From assembly GCA_964016885.1 (NCBI GenBank), contig OZ024742.1:107508001-107572000 (forward strand): a DNA stretch of 64,000 nt, read 5' to 3'. The stretch is from Eledone cirrhosa. Taxonomy: Eukaryota. The notes under the pieces are model-generated. The model did no database searches. It saw nothing but the letters and a program-made list of their open reading frames with translations, and was not told the DNA's origin. Below, piece by piece: positions 1-14,380 of the stretch. The translations under genes were made by a program, and so were the position numbers. How positions within the stretch are numbered: position 1 is the stretch's first letter; each line of letters starts with the position of its first letter.

Positions 1-544
1 GACTGATCAGGCTGAGCTGTTGTGGCTTACGGTAGAGAGAGAGGGAGATTGGGCTGAGTTGTGTTTTACAGGAGAGTGATGTAGGGAAGGCACTTCATCT
101 AGGAGGGCATTTACTCTGAAAAAATAAGACTGCACAGAGTAAATAAGGGCTCTATAAGCAACGACGGAGGCAGCCCGACTATGAGGGCAGTTACTCCAAA
201 TAAGCATGACTGCACTGGGCAGATGTAAGACATAGTGAAGGAATCTGTCACTCTGAATAAAAACTGATATAGGGTAAAGTGAACCCTTAGGTCCTGTCAG
301 ACAACTCTAAGGGTGGTCGCATGAAAAAAAATGCACCCAGTTCATGCTCTAAAGTGGTTTGTGACTGGGAGGTTATCTAGCTAGAAAGGTTTTCCAAAAA
401 CCTTGACTGGCATAGCATATAACATTAAAAATAATTGTGTATACAGGGCTAACACCAATCATGTTAGTAGGGAAGTGATTCACCTAGCTATGTGCTAGAA
501 CCCTTCGAATGTCCCCAAACAATTGGATAAGCACTGTTCCTTTC

Positions 545-1560
545 AGTGTGGAGAAGGCCTTTGACAGAGTGCCACAATCTGTTAGCTGGTGGTCCTTAAA
601 AACTGGGTGTAGAAAAGTGACTTGTGAGAGCAGTGCAAGTTATATATAGAAATGCGATCAGCAAATTGAGATTTAATGAATTTAGTGAGGAATTCAAACT
701 GCAGGTAGGGGTTCACCAAAGCCTAGTTTTCAACCCCCTCCGTTTATTTTAGTCCTCCAGGCCATAACTGGAGGATATCCAATGGAACTGCTATATGCTT
801 ATGACTTGGTTCTTATTGCTGATTCTGGAAGAGCTAGAGAAGTTCCTACTATCAAAAGTACTCAGAATAAACCTAGTAAAGACCAAAGTTTTAGTAAGGT
901 GGAAAGAAGACAAGACTCGGGTCTTATTAAGGAAGTGACCATGCTCAATATGTAAAGGAGTCGATGGGAACTTAAAAATGTTTACAATGTAAAACATATG
1001 TACACAAAAGGTGTAGTGTTTTAACAAGCAAATTAACAGAAAAGGTAGATAGATGCACAGGGATGGTCAATAGTAAGAGCGCCTAGTGTAATAAACTGTC
1101 TGCAATCCTGGGAAAACTTGTAGTTGATAGCTTCTGTTATGTAGGTGACCAAATTAACTGTGGAGGAGATTGCTCAGAGAGCATAGTGGCTAGAATAAGG
1201 GCAGGCTGGAAAAAGTTCAGAGAACTGTTGACAACAGGTTTTTTCTATGAATGAAAAGCCGGCTTCCTGATGCCTGTGTGTGAAGTGTAATGTAGCATGA
1301 AAATGAGATATGGGCAATAAATACAAAGGATATGCAGAGGTTGGAGAGAAATGAAACAAGGATGGACTGAGAGAAAACTTGGGTATAAGAGGAATTGAAT
1401 GTAGTGTGCAAGAGAGAAGACTGCTGATATGGACTTGTGATGTGTATGGATGATGATTGTTGAGTGGAAGGAAACTGCAGTAGAGGAAGGCCAAGGAAGA
1501 CCTGGGCAGAGCTGGTGAAAGTAGATCACAAAGTACTGAACCTGTCAGAAATGGCAAAGG
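545..1560 (+). mobile_element. Decayed RTE-clade LINE reverse transcriptase fragment
   Basis: Broken frames give EKAFDRVP (~551), VGVHQ..., ELLYAYDLVLIA (YADD-like, ~785), LRINLVKTKV, SFCYVGDQ and ARIRAGWKKFREL. Confidence 0.85.
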
Positions 1561-2519
1561 AACACAGTAAAAGCAGACATAAAAGGATGGTGATTATGAG
1601 ACACTAATGAGAATTCTGATTTGGTAAACCAAATCTGAAGCTCGATTAAAACCTTCGTGCCTTTTCAAAGAGTATTAAAACCATTTCATTTATGTTAATA
1701 CTCTTTGAAAAGGCACGAACACCACAAATTTCCATTTCTCCCATGAAATTGTGAATTCATTCTTGTGTAAGAAATAATTTTTTTTTTTACAACAGGCACT
1801 CGAAACAAAGCTGGCTTCTTGTAGGAATTTCAATACAGGCAATGAGCAACCTTGTAGTGGTTTGGTAGCTAGTGGCAGCCCTATTAACTCACCACGGTTA
1901 GTATTCTACTCTAGTTTTTTAATGGATATCTAATTATTTCCTCTGGTCTGTTTCTAACCAATTTATGTTGATACACAGAGACCTTTAACAGTTGGGGTGT
2001 GTGTGAAATGTTGGCTATTATTATCACTGTCTATCTGAATGTAATTGTTTGGAGAATTGTGGAATCTTACCTGTATGTCGGCTAGCTTGCCATTGTCTGC
2101 TATATTTTGGCAGTTGAATGTAATACAAAAAACACCAACAATACCTACTACCTCCATAAACACACACACTCCATGACTAATTAATGTATTACAGTATATA
2201 AAAAATATATTACAAACTGTACCACCTTCATTGGTTCTTGGTTGCTAATTAGTCCTGAGATTGTGGCACAAATCCAATGTTTTTATTTGCAGGTTGTTTA
2301 AAATTTAAATATTGTATGGGAGTGATAGAGTGCAGCTAAAACAACCATGAAGCCTGTTTTGTGTTACTCAAATAAATATGTTGGATAGTTGAAAACTCAG
2401 TATTCCTGGTTGTATATAATAGGAGTTGTTTATTTCAGATAAATAATGGCTGAGCATGTTGTGTTCACTGTGAAATATGCTATTCTGAGAGAACCAGTTT
2501 GGGTCATGAACTCTGTTAA

Positions 2520-2722
2520 TCCATCAGCATTACACTAAAGTAACTATTATATTTTTATGGTAAAGTCTTTACTTCAAATAATTATCTCAACATAATATTG
2601 AATCTATAAGATTTTGATGTTATTTATTTTGAGAACAATATTGTATCAATATAAGCAGCCGGTTTGAACAGAAAGAGGTGAAAGAATTCTGGCCGGATAT
2701 GGCCAGTTTAAATGTTAAAGGG
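2520..2722 (-). mobile_element. piggyBac-like MITE (TTAA flanks)
   Basis: TTAA on both sides and an ...AAAGGG|TTAA end; reverse-complement homolog of 9744-9932. Confidence 0.65.
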
Positions 2723-3892
2723 TTAAAGGAAAAATGAGAGTAATTATGTTACTGGATTACTCTGAGATTACCTGAGTCACAAGGTATTACTGAATCTGAT
2801 ACTACAGTAGAAGACACTTGTCCTAGATGCTACACTTTGGGTTGAGCACAACTACATGTTTGTAAAACAAATGTGTTAACCGCACATCCATGCTTGTCTA
2901 TATAGTTACCTGTTAATATCCTGTAATGATTTAGCAGAAAATTTTAAAAAATTATCTTTAGTAGTGTTGAGATTGCTGTGAAAACTGTGTTAGAGCAATG
3001 TGATGCAGTCATAGTGCTGTTTTATACTTTTCAAGAATGTCTTTGGAACTTTGACTGTGTGGATTTTAATAGAATACTAAATCTTATTTCTGGGTTGAAA
3101 CTATATTTAAAATGAAACATTAATCCTTTTATTACCAATTAATAACCAAATATTTGGAGGACTTTAATAAAAAAGCTGATATTAAAAATATTACTTATGA
3201 ACATTTAAAAAAATAAATTATGATGGAACGATATAAATATGAATATTTTAAAATGAGCAGTTTTGTACCTATCCATGGCAATTTCAGGCAGTTTAGTATC
3301 AAAAGAAATAGAAAACAACAAACAAAACAAATATTATTCTGCCTGCTACTCTAGATATGCAAGCTCATCTGTTGGTTTATGATCATGGCAGATGTCTATG
3401 ATGGTGATATTGGTTTGTTAGCAGAGGTGTTTGTTGTGTGTTTCTGATTTCTTTAATGTGTATTTTTGTTTTGAAACCTGTATGTGTGAATAGGAAGACT
3501 GATGCCTTATAATTTTAACTGATATTTCTATATTTCAGTTGGGGGTTCTATAGTATTCTGATAGTATTTCACTGCAACTGTTTTTAATTTCAGCAAAATA
3601 AATTATCAATTTAAAAATATTAATTTTTGTTTGTCAGAGATAACAACCTGAAATCAGCTGGGGCGGGGTAATTAAAAACAACTAGCTTTTTAATAATGAT
3701 CACCTCTCTCTCTCTCCCCCCTTCTGTCTTTCTTTCTCTCTCCTTCACACACATACCGACAGCTCATACAGTTTGAAAAGTTTCTAATCTGTGGCAGTTA
3801 GATATATTGTGTTGCAGTAAACCATTATTATTAATTCTATTAGATGTCAGGTAGATTACACTAATATATGATTCAGCTATTTAAAATAGTTG

Positions 3893-3956
<64 letters not shown>

Positions 3957-5364
3957 GTCACATGGCTCAGTGATTAGTGTTGGATTCACAATCTGAAGAT
4001 TGTGAATTCGATTTCTGGACTAGGTAAGGTATTGTGTTCCATTGATCATACAACTGGAACACTTGTCGCTGGAACCAATGAAGATCCAGCAGCAACAGCA
4101 GCAGCAGCAACAACAACAACAGTGGTGAAATTATGAGGTTATTTTATAGTGTCCTTTATTGTAATCCTTCATATGTACCAGAGCAAAATTGTACATCCTT
4201 CTACTAGATTACTTGGAATATGCTAACTTTGCGGTTCAGGCTGTGATTGGTATTAAAAGCATGGGCATATATCATATATACAGTTGCAAAGAGCTAAAAG
4301 GTTAAAGGTTGAAATCTATCCACAACCTGGAAGTTCATCAGGCCAGAGCTTATCCTGGTTTCATTGGCATTAAGTGACTGAGAGTAAAAGCCTTCCCCTT
4401 GGACAGGATATCAGTCCATTACAGGGTTCAATCCCTAGCTATTGTTAGTACTCAGTTTTGGTTGAGTTGACTGGAGTAACATGAAATGAAGTGTTTTGCT
4501 GAAAAAATACAACCTGCCACCTAGTTCTGAAATTGAACCCATGACATTACACTTGTAAGACCAATATCCTAATCACAAAGCCATGCCCCTTTTAAGGAAC
4601 TACCTTCAGCTAACCCATGTAGGAATGGATACAAAGATAAGTCATTAAGGATAGCATATTGGTCTGATAGTTAATTTAAAAATAACTTTTCTCTGCTTCC
4701 ATTCTTCTCCTTTTAGTATTTTTGATTTAATTTTTAATTTATTTTGATTTATTTTCCTACTGTGGTTGGGTGGGGCAATGATAAAATATGGCAAAGGTTC
4801 TCTGTTCCTCTTAAATATTAAACAAATGAAGTGTGTTGAAGTGTCGGATCTCCAACCATTATATATCGTCCAAAGTGTGTTCTCCCAATAGACTTGGATT
4901 TTTAAAATTCAGTTTTTTTTAAGCCTTCCTTGGGATTTGTTTGACAGCAATGCTGGTATTTTACAATAGCTTAACTGTTTGACTGTTTACAATTGTATTT
5001 CTAGTTTCTATTGCTAAGCTACTCTATTCAAGAACAACTGTTACATTTGAGCTTACGTAGTAGCATTTATCCAGTCACTCGGCCTGCTAAAATAGCAACC
5101 AAATGTTTCTGAAATCATGCCCAACCACCTTTAAATAGGAAGTCAGATTTAGAGGGTGCTATATCTATATCATGGATGGGCGAGTTGAGTTGTTGAATTT
5201 TGACTTGTTGAATTTTGACGAAAGGAAATGTTTAGAAATTATTGTTGCTTTTAACACTGACACAAATACAGACATTGAAACGTTGACAGAAACTTTTCTG
5301 TTCTATCATTTTTCTTTGTTACAGTTGCAACCATATTCAGTGTGTGTGTGTGTATCTGCATTTG

Positions 5365-5530
5365 GCTCTTTGCTTGATGGAGTAAGTTTCCCCAGTCAAG
5401 CTCCTCTTGGAGACCCTTGGTTACTTGTGCAGTATAAGGACGGGCATTATCATAATGGAGAACCATCCCATTTCTGTTTGCTACAGATAGACATATTTTT
5501 GCCTGAAGCTGCTTTCAGACACCAAAGTTA
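5365..5530 (-). mobile_element. Mariner transposase relic
   Basis: VLHYDNARPYTAQVTKGLQEELDWGNLLH matches the mariner HDNARPH...LGWE.LPH motif. Confidence 0.8.
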
Positions 5531-7296
5531 TTACCAGTAAACTTCAGATGTGATTGTTTGATTAATGTTTAATAGTTTATATATATTTGGATATCCCATC
5601 ACACACTTGACAGGATCTTCCTTGGCTGCTGAGCAGGTTTTCAGCACAACTAAGCCACTAACAATGGTGCTTAATATTGTAATGATTCTATCCAAAAAAG
5701 TTATTTATGTGAGGTGATTCTTTACAGACAGGTTATGTGGGGTCCATTTTTCAAGCCTTTTCAATCCATATAGGATACCAACACTAGGTTATCATGTTTC
5801 AACACAGCTGAAAATCACTTGTTAGAGTGCGGGAATGTATGTAAGCAAGATGCTGATCCCCAACTCATTTGAGAGGTCAGTAGTTCACTTAAGGGCTGAC
5901 TTGGTCTGTGACAACCCGTCCAGCCCTTGCAGGCAGGGAAAGCAGATATTAAATGATGATGATGTTAGGACAGTTATATGGCAAACATGGAAGAGACTGC
6001 TGAGTTCGAAACCATAATGGCAAGATTTGCTGCAACAGCTACTTCTGGTGCTTCTGAATTGAGCTCGTTTAAATAAATGGTCCTCTCTTAGCTTATCCTT
6101 TAAGTTGAAGTCTCCATTTCTGAAAGGGCTAACTCACCTACATGTTCTTTCACATACTGCATCAACACCATAAGTGCTCTGGATGAATTTTGCTGCTACA
6201 AATGCATGGTCTTCCACTCATGAAACTTGTACAGTATAATATGTCTAAAGGTGTGTTTTAGTTGGGTCAAACTTGGGGGTAAGTTGAAAGCATTTTTGTG
6301 AATGTCTCTGTAAATCTGTAAGCCATTTATTACTTCCGGTGGCATAATTAAACATTAGATAAGGATAGAACTTTAATAAATCTTGTTTGACATTTGGCAC
6401 ATAAATTGGGCCACACTTTTGTTCAAACTTATATATATATATATATATAGTTAAAATAGGGGTAAAATTCCATACAAATCAAAGATTATAGTTAAAATTA
6501 TAAAAGGGAATTTAAAGAATCTTTTTTTTTAATCCAACAAATATTTGGTACAGTTATACCCCCCCCCCCCCATACACCCACACCCACACAGTGGGAATAG
6601 TTTTTTCTTGGAAACGTGATTATGTTGGAATTTTGGAGTTTAATCTTTTGCATCAAAGATTTTTTCATCTTTCCTTAATCTTGTTTAGTTTGGAACAAAA
6701 ACATTCCTAAGTTGAGTAACATTTCATAACCCGCCTGGCTCTCAACATTTGAATTGGTATTCATTATTTACAACATTATTCCTATGGTTCTTTGCTGCCT
6801 ACTACTATATTGATGAGGTTGAGAAGGTTTTGAAATGTTAAAAAAAGTTTAAAATTTAAACACAATCATATTTTCAATATAACACATACACATGCATGTC
6901 CATGTATACATTTTATTATTATTAGTTTTATATCCACTTTTTCATGGGTTTGGTTTGGATGGGATGGTTAGAGACAATGTTTTACAGCCAGATATCCTTC
7001 CTGACATCAATCCTTTTAGTCACTTCTTACAACACAGGTGTACAGTATATCTATTCTATAAACTGGGACACAAAATATCTATATAAATAAAATATCTATA
7101 TAAATAAAATATAAAATGAAATGTATACATGAACATAATTCTAATTTGATTGAATTTAGGTCATCGTTTTCATTGATGACTTGTGTCATAGTTTTTTTGA
7201 CTACTGTTAATGATGACAATACACCTGGGTAGTTAGTCTTTAGTAGTATATTCTACAAGTACAGCTAATAATTTAATCTTTATTTACCACTTTCAG

Positions 7297-7352
7297 TATC
7301 AGAGCCACCACCCAAGCATAAACATCATGGTCGTTGTTTGAACGTCACTTAA
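7297..7352 (+). CDS. Candidate alternative terminal exon of unidentified host gene, (V)SEPPPKHKHHGRCLNVT*
   Basis: Pyrimidine tract plus TTTCAG acceptor, phase-1 frame to TAA at 7350-7352, AATAAA at 7355. Confidence 0.4.
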
Positions 7353-7610
7353 ATAATAAAGTTGCACTGAGTTTTTCTTCTAAATTTCTTCAGTGAGACA
7401 GTACAGTTCATAGTTGTTTCTATCACTCCTATCATTGATTTTGAAGGCATTTAGGTATAGGGTGAGGAACGACAAAACAAAACAAACAAAAAAATCATCA
7501 TCTGGGATACAACATCCCCTATTTTCTATAATTCCTATTTCTGAGTGAATTAAATCTGTGAAAATAAGCAAGTGTCTCACTCTTTGCACTGGTTTTAACA
7601 TTCAGTTTAG

Positions 7611-7700
7611 TGTCGCTGGCACCACATAAGAGCAAATATCAAAAGCTGACAAGAAACTCCATCGACCAGAACACTGTATATATTTGAAAGCATGCAGCAG
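7611..7700 (+). CDS. Candidate stop-containing exon, (V)SLAPHKSKYQKLTRNSIDQNTVYI*
   Basis: AG acceptors at 7604-7605 and 7609-7610, CAG|GTGAGG donor at 7700/7701. Confidence 0.3.
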
Positions 7701-8210
7701 GTGAGGATTCAGTACTCAATTGTACTGTTTCATATTTTGGTACTTTTAAAAAAAACAACTTTTTTTAACTTTCTAATACTAAACTAGGAATGTAAGCTAT
7801 TCGAAGTTACATTTGTTTTCAAGAGATAGATTTAGAAATAGTTTTTTTTTTGTAACATCCTAACTAATATTTCTGTGTGTTTTAAAATGTTTTGCATCTA
7901 ATTTTCTATACTAGTGTGGATGGGATCTGTTTCTGCAAATTTTGATATTTACACGTAACTGCCTTCTTCAGTCTGACTAGCTAACCACAGAGCCACAAAG
8001 CTGAGTACCAGTTCATGGCTGACTGAATAACAGATGAAAGTATGTCTAGTTGTTACTAGACAAACTTTACAAGAAAAAAAAAAAAAAAAAAATGCAAAAT
8101 ATCTCATCCTGCAATGTGCAAATACCATCCCACCCAGTCTAGTATAGAAAGGCAGATTTATAATAGCAAATGAGTTTTTAATATAACACACAACACACAT
8201 GCATGTGTGC

Positions 8211-8242
<32 letters not shown>

Positions 8243-9743
8243 CCATGTAAAAAGTTTCTTGTATAAACTAATACAAATTTATGCTTGTAATAAATTATTA
8301 AAAGCATAAAGTTGGTTGAGGTATAAACATTGATACTCTTGCATTTAGATTGATTTATATTTGTTTTGAGGAGTGTAAAACTAATTTTTGGGGAGGGGAA
8401 ATTTGATTAAATCAACCCCAGAACTTGACTGGTAATATATTTTATTTACCCTGTAAGGATGAAAGGCCAAGTTGATTTTGGTGAGATTTGAACTCAGAAA
8501 GTAAAGAGCAGGAACAATTGCTGTAAAGCATTTTGTCTAATGCTCTAACGATTCTGTCAAGCCACCATAATGCCATTGAAAGAACAAACTTATATAATAG
8601 TAAGCTATCCATATTTTTTAAAATTTAATTTTAATTTTTTTTTTTATTGGTCTGGTTTAGAAGGTCTGAAAGATTGACATGGTTAGATGGCTGTATGGAA
8701 ATCATAGGCAAAGATGGAATTTCAGAGGAATGTTCAGTGGAAGAAGTACTAGATAAAGAGTTATTGCAGGTTTTGTGGTGTGGGAACTAGATGGGAGAGG
8801 AGTAAGTTGGAAGTGTTTGAGTGGAGGTAGATTGAGCTTTGAGTAGTTGAGGTCATGATAGTTGTAGAAAGGGCTGAGTGAGGAAGCAACATGTCTATAG
8901 GCCAGAGGTTAGATTGCATTGCTCAGATATAATCAACTATTCTGATTAAGATTACTTATCAATTTGGTATTAAGAATTAAATAGATTGTCAAACCCTTGC
9001 TAGCAGGGAGAACGGATGTTAGATGATAATGATTGGATTTTATTTTGTTTAGAAATTCTGCATTTGATCCAAATCTTAGTGGAAAGTTTGATTATTTTTT
9101 TCTTTGGGGTCTATTAAAACATTACTGGCAGTTTCTAGTATTACCATTTGGTTCTAGTGAACTTAGGGCTAGCAATAATGATAGAATTTTCAATGAATCT
9201 TGTTGAATGTTTTTCATTCAGGTTATGCCACTGTGTTAGCGCTGTACTAGAACATGTAGTTATATGTATGGTTGTTGTTCTGCTGTAGAAAAATGGGTTT
9301 GATTGTAAACTGAAAATTTATTTTGTTAGTAAGTTAGGTACTTGAATCTATGGTATATAGGAACATGCACGAGGAGTGCTCTACTTCACTTTCCTGTACT
9401 CTCTCGCTCTCTCTTCCCCTCTCTCTCTCTCTCTATCCATCCCCCCCCCTTCCTCCCCCTCACATCCTATAAAATATCCAATCTAAACCACTACAGAATT
9501 AAGTTACTGGACAACTTAATTTCAGGAATTGTAATCCCTTTTTTGTGTGATGTACAGTGCATGTTCAATGGGGGTCATTATGGTGGGTTCTAAATTTAAC
9601 AACTCTTTAACACCAAAGGTTTCTTTTTATATTGAGGTGTCATAAGGGAGCATGGAAAAAAAACAGTTAAAAACTACCACCCTAGATAGTAAACACTCCC
9701 TGTCTAAACAGTTAGTTAGCCACAGGAAGAGAATATAGTTTAA

Positions 9744-9932
9744 CCCTTTAGCATTTAAACCGGCCATATCTGGTCAAAATTCTGGTCACTTATACCGACG
9801 TTAAGGTAATGTTCTCAAAATAAATAATATCAAAGCCTCATAGATTTAATGTTATGTGAGATAATTATGTAAGGTAAAGCCTGTACCATGAAAATACAAT
9901 AGTAAATATAGAGTAATGTAAATGCCAACGGG
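9744..9932 (+). mobile_element. piggyBac-like MITE
   Basis: TTAA|CCCTTTAGCATTTA ... TAAATGCCAACGGG|TTAA. Confidence 0.75.
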
Positions 9933-10044
9933 TTAAACACACTGGCTTTGATAAGTTATATGTAAATACCCATGTTTTTTTACCTACATAGAATGCAAAA
10001 TATATGAAAAATTGTAAATTATGATTGATATATAATATATATAT

Positions 10045-10668
10045 CATCATCATCATTTTACGTTCGCTTTTCCCTGCTTGCAAGGGTGGGACGGGAACTG
10101 ATTCTGGCTTGATTTCTACAGCTTGATGCCTTCCTAACACCAACCTCATTTACAATGAGTGCTAGGTGCTTTTTTTCCGTGGCGCCTACACGTCCACTTT
10201 ACAGTGTGGGCTGGGTGCTTTTTTGCCGTGGCACCTCCACGACCACTTTGCAGTGGAATGATAGGGACCCCAGTCCTATCATCTCATTTCTACAGCTGAG
10301 TAAACTGGAGCAATGTGAAATAGTGTCTTGCTCAAGGAAACAACACATCACCCGGTCTGAGAATTGAACTCACAACTTTCGATTGCAAGGCCAATGCTCT
10401 AACCACTAAGCCATGTGCTTCTATATATATAAAGCACCCAGCCCACACTGTGAAGTGGACGTGTAGGCGCCACAGAAAAAAAGCACCCAGCACTCACTGT
10501 AAATGAGGTTGGTGTTAGGAAGGGCATCCAGCTGTAGAAATCAAGCCAGAATCAGTTCCCGTATTAGCAAAACAATGTTAGCCGACCAGACACTGCCCAC
10601 AACAGGACAACCCGTCTAACCCATGCTAGCGTGGAAGAACGGACGTAAAACAGTGATGATGATGATAT
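10045..10668. mobile_element. Inverted pair of (GAT)n-tailed SINEs; the minus copy has a tRNA-like head and CORE-like box
   Basis: 10091-10222 is a near-perfect reverse complement of 10431-10561; tRNA-like head TGGCTTAGTGG...GTTCAATTC on the minus strand at ~10360-10420; same composite at 24445-24785. Confidence 0.75.
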
Positions 10669-11222
10669 ATATACATAAAATCATCATCACTGTTTCATGC
10701 CCATTTTCAATTGCTTGCATGGGTTAGATGGGTTGTTCCATTCTGAGTCCAGACATGCCATATGACTATCTCATACATTCCATTTTTGGCTTCCTAACGC
10801 CAACAACTCCATGTTGTGTTTTAACGTGGTACTGGCACTATCACCCAAGAAGCTATGTGTATGTACACTGTAGTTGAATTGGACGGGTACACTTTCTTTA
10901 AGTCATTCTCCAATTAGCTATTTAGTTGTACCCCCCCCCCCCCCCCCGTATTAGTGTGGTGTGTCACTTGTTTTCTCTTAATTTTCACAGCCATGGTTGT
11001 AAAAGTGTTTGTTTTCCCAAAGCTCTTTTTTCTTCTAGTTGATGACATTATTTTTTCAATATGAAGAGCCCCTAAAAAAAAAAAGGAAAAAAAAAAATTC
11101 TGTCCAACATCAAGCTGTCAGATTTTATTGTTTTCATTTACAGATCAACTTTCTGGGTATTGAACTTTGCTATCATTTTTTAGTCTTAATGTTATATGGT
11201 TGTGATATTGCTTGATTAACAC

Positions 11223-11282
<60 letters not shown>

Positions 11283-11809
11283 ATATGGGGATGTCAGAGG
11301 TTATGAGACAATATGTAATGGATCTGTTGGATGTGTTATGTATTTGTTGTTGGTAGTATCAATGGTATGTTAACTGAATATTTTGTTTCTGTCAGTTAAT
11401 GTTGTCACAGATTGTGTAATACAGAAGTTTTTTTAGAATGATAAGTAAGTAGTATCTGTTGTGAATACTATTATTGATATTAGATGTTTTAATATGTCCT
11501 CACTGAAATATATTAACTTACATGTACTTGATTTCTGTAGGCTGTACATTACATAAGTGATCAGAATTGCTCATTGTCTTTCTTCTCCGTATTTCTTTCT
11601 TTACATCAAGTTTCATGCTGTAAGATAATTTGTAATTTTGATTCTGGAAACTTATCCGATTTTTCTACAGGTCTGTGCCTAGCCATATTTCTGGATGTAG
11701 AGGGTAGGAACAAGGCTTATGTATCCCTGTTCTCGCTTGATTCTGCTTTGTCTAATTGTGTCGTTATTTATGTCATTTGGTAGGTCTTCATTTGCTGTCC
11801 ATTTGCTAG

Positions 11810-12003
11810 TGTCCCCGGCTTCTCAGCCAGATAAACAATGCATTGAAAGTCTTCAGCGAATGTTATTTGATGCTGTCAATAAGTACCCCGAATTATTGAA
11901 CTGTACAGCACGCCTTGTCTCTACCAGCCATCTTCGACCTATCAATTGCTGGACACATGGATGCAATGAAACAAACAGAAATACAAGACGACCAGTCGCT
12001 TGA
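11810..12003 (+). CDS. Candidate alternative terminal exon, (V)SPASQPDKQCIESLQRMLFDAVNKYPELLNC...RRPVA*
   Basis: TTTGCTAG acceptor, 64-codon complex non-repetitive frame with retained CpGs, possible donor CAG|GTAGG at 12043. Confidence 0.4.
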
Positions 12004-14232
12004 ACTACTCAGTGAATTAGAAAAAGGTTTTTCATATTGACAGGTAGGCCCGACATGCACCTCCACTGCTCCGATGACACGCCTTCCAATCGACACACCT
12101 TAAGCTTTAACCGTCAGCCAACACTACTGTATTCTCTAATATGCCTACTGTTCTGCAAATCAACCAAGATATGCTGAGATTATGCTCAGATCTTCCAAGA
12201 ATTGAGGTCTGGTCGTCAGTGTTTGTTAACTATCATTGCTGAGCACTACTCAAATCCATCATTCAATCACTGATTAATGACGGAAATATTAATTTAGCAT
12301 CATCAAGAAATTGACCAATTTAGTCGTTAGTTTAACTAAATTATTTCTACAGGAGTTTACACTAGTGAAACTAGTGCAGATTTGAAGCTGAAATATGATG
12401 TTGCACATTGGCTTAGTTGACAATGTTGTTATGCATAGTGAAAGATTATCAGTTGAAATATTAAACAAAAAGTGTTGCATGCTGGTTATAATGATTGAGA
12501 GACAGGCAAGAAAAAGAGTATCTAATCAACCCCCCCATCCTTCAACCGATAGTTTCTTTCATCCTTACCTTGTTTGCTTTACCAATCCTTCAGTCTCTCC
12601 CATCATTGTAGAAGTAATAATGTAATAATTGTTGTTTGTTGTTTCTCATTCTGTTGCTTTCTTTTGTGATGCAAGTATGTGTTGTTTATTGTTCTCAGTG
12701 GCATTTACATAATTTCATATCTTCATGAAGCTGTTCACATTTTTTACATACTGTCAATGAGTTTTTATTTTTATTTTAAAATTTCATGTACATACATACA
12801 CACAGATGTACATAAACACATTTCTATATTTTGATTCTACAGTGCATTGTGTGTTTGTGTATATATACAATGTATTTGTATGGAGAATTGAGATATTTTC
12901 TTAACATTTCTTGTGGGGATATATACAAAGTATGTAAGGCGTTATTTTGTCATTTTAAACGTTTCTTGTGTTTTAACTTGAATTTCTAACTTACCTTTTT
13001 TTTTCATGTCACTCTCTTGTTTTTATTGTTGTTGCTCCTTTTGTCAGTACGTTTCAAGCTCGAGTGCATACCCTGGCAGCAACTGTGTTTCCTTTTTTTA
13101 TTTCCTCTAAATTCTATCTCAATGTTTTTATCCCTGGCCCATGTCACATTTGCTTATCCCTGCTGCTATTGTCAATTGTGCAACTGGTGCATGTGTGTTT
13201 GTTATGTGTTCTGTTGTTGCTTCTCACAGGCAGCAGCTCCTCAGTGCCACCACATTTTCTGATAGAAGGCAGTGGAAAGGAAGTATTGGTGAGGACTATT
13301 GCATCATTATATGCATACTTTTTCTTCTACTCGGCATCTACTGGCTCTTGCACATCTATGTATCTCTCTTTCTCTCCTGCTTGCAATATGTCACATTATT
13401 TTTTTGTTAATCACGATCCTTAGTTCTTTTTTATCATTAGCCTTTTTTTTTATTTTAGTTAAACTTTTGTTTTCTAAATAGTAATTTCCATATTCTCTTT
13501 TGATGTTAGTGATTGTTTATGTGGCTTTATTTCCTGTTTGTTTCACCACCATTATTATGCTTTGTGGCATAGTTATGGCCCTTTACATTCTGAGTTCAAA
13601 TCCCGTTGAGGCTAGCTTTGCCTTTCATCCTTATGGGAGGGTCAATGAAATAAAGTACCAGTAATGCACTGGGGTTGATTTAATCAAATTTCCCCATCAC
13701 CCCAACATTGCTGTCCTTGTGCCCATATCAGAAACCTTTATTGTCATGTTTAAGTTTCTCTCAAGCACCCCCCTTGAAGGTGAGTCAAAACAATAACCAA
13801 AAAAATATAACTTTATCAAACACAGCACAATGGTCTGATATATTACACCTGTAATTAATTACTAATTAGGATCTAGTTGTAGGTAATTCAATAGTTTAGA
13901 TACCTGCTCTTGATAAAACAGTTTACTGTTGATGGTTAAACATTTTAATGAAGAGATGGAAAAAAATAAGCAGTGGGGTTGATATGATTGACTAATTCCT
14001 CTCTAGCCCCACAATCTGTGACAAAACGTGACAATCTGTCTAACCCATGTATGAGGGGAAATAGATGTAAAATGATGATGATTATGATGATACATCACAT
14101 TAAGAGAATAGGAATAGCCCAGGATATGGCACAGAACCAACTTATAAACTAGATATCTCAGGATCTCTATCCCCATCCTTAAAGATGTTCAGTAAACTCA
14201 CCCCTCTAACCATTGTGAATGTCTTTTGGTTT

Positions 14233-14380
14233 GTCATTGTTACATATTCTCACAGCACTTTCCTATTTTATCTCTCTCTCTGGCTTATGGTGTACTAATT
14301 TCTTTTGTCATTGTTACATATTCTCACAGCACCTTCCTATTCTATATCTCTCTGGCTTATGGTGTACTAATTTCTTTTGT
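14233..14380. repeat. Two-copy ~73 bp tandem duplication
   Basis: TGTCATTGTTACATATTCTCACAGCAC...GGTGTACTAATTTCTTT repeated directly. Confidence 0.9.

Noticed and set aside
40-260. Possible CR1/Jockey-type LINE C-terminus on the minus strand
   Set aside because: Only a weak SYFFRVNAL resemblance, too decayed to support
10360-10420. tRNA genes at SINE heads (here and at many GTTCAAATCC sites)
   Set aside because: No complete cloverleaf or acceptor stem; they run directly into SINE body sequence
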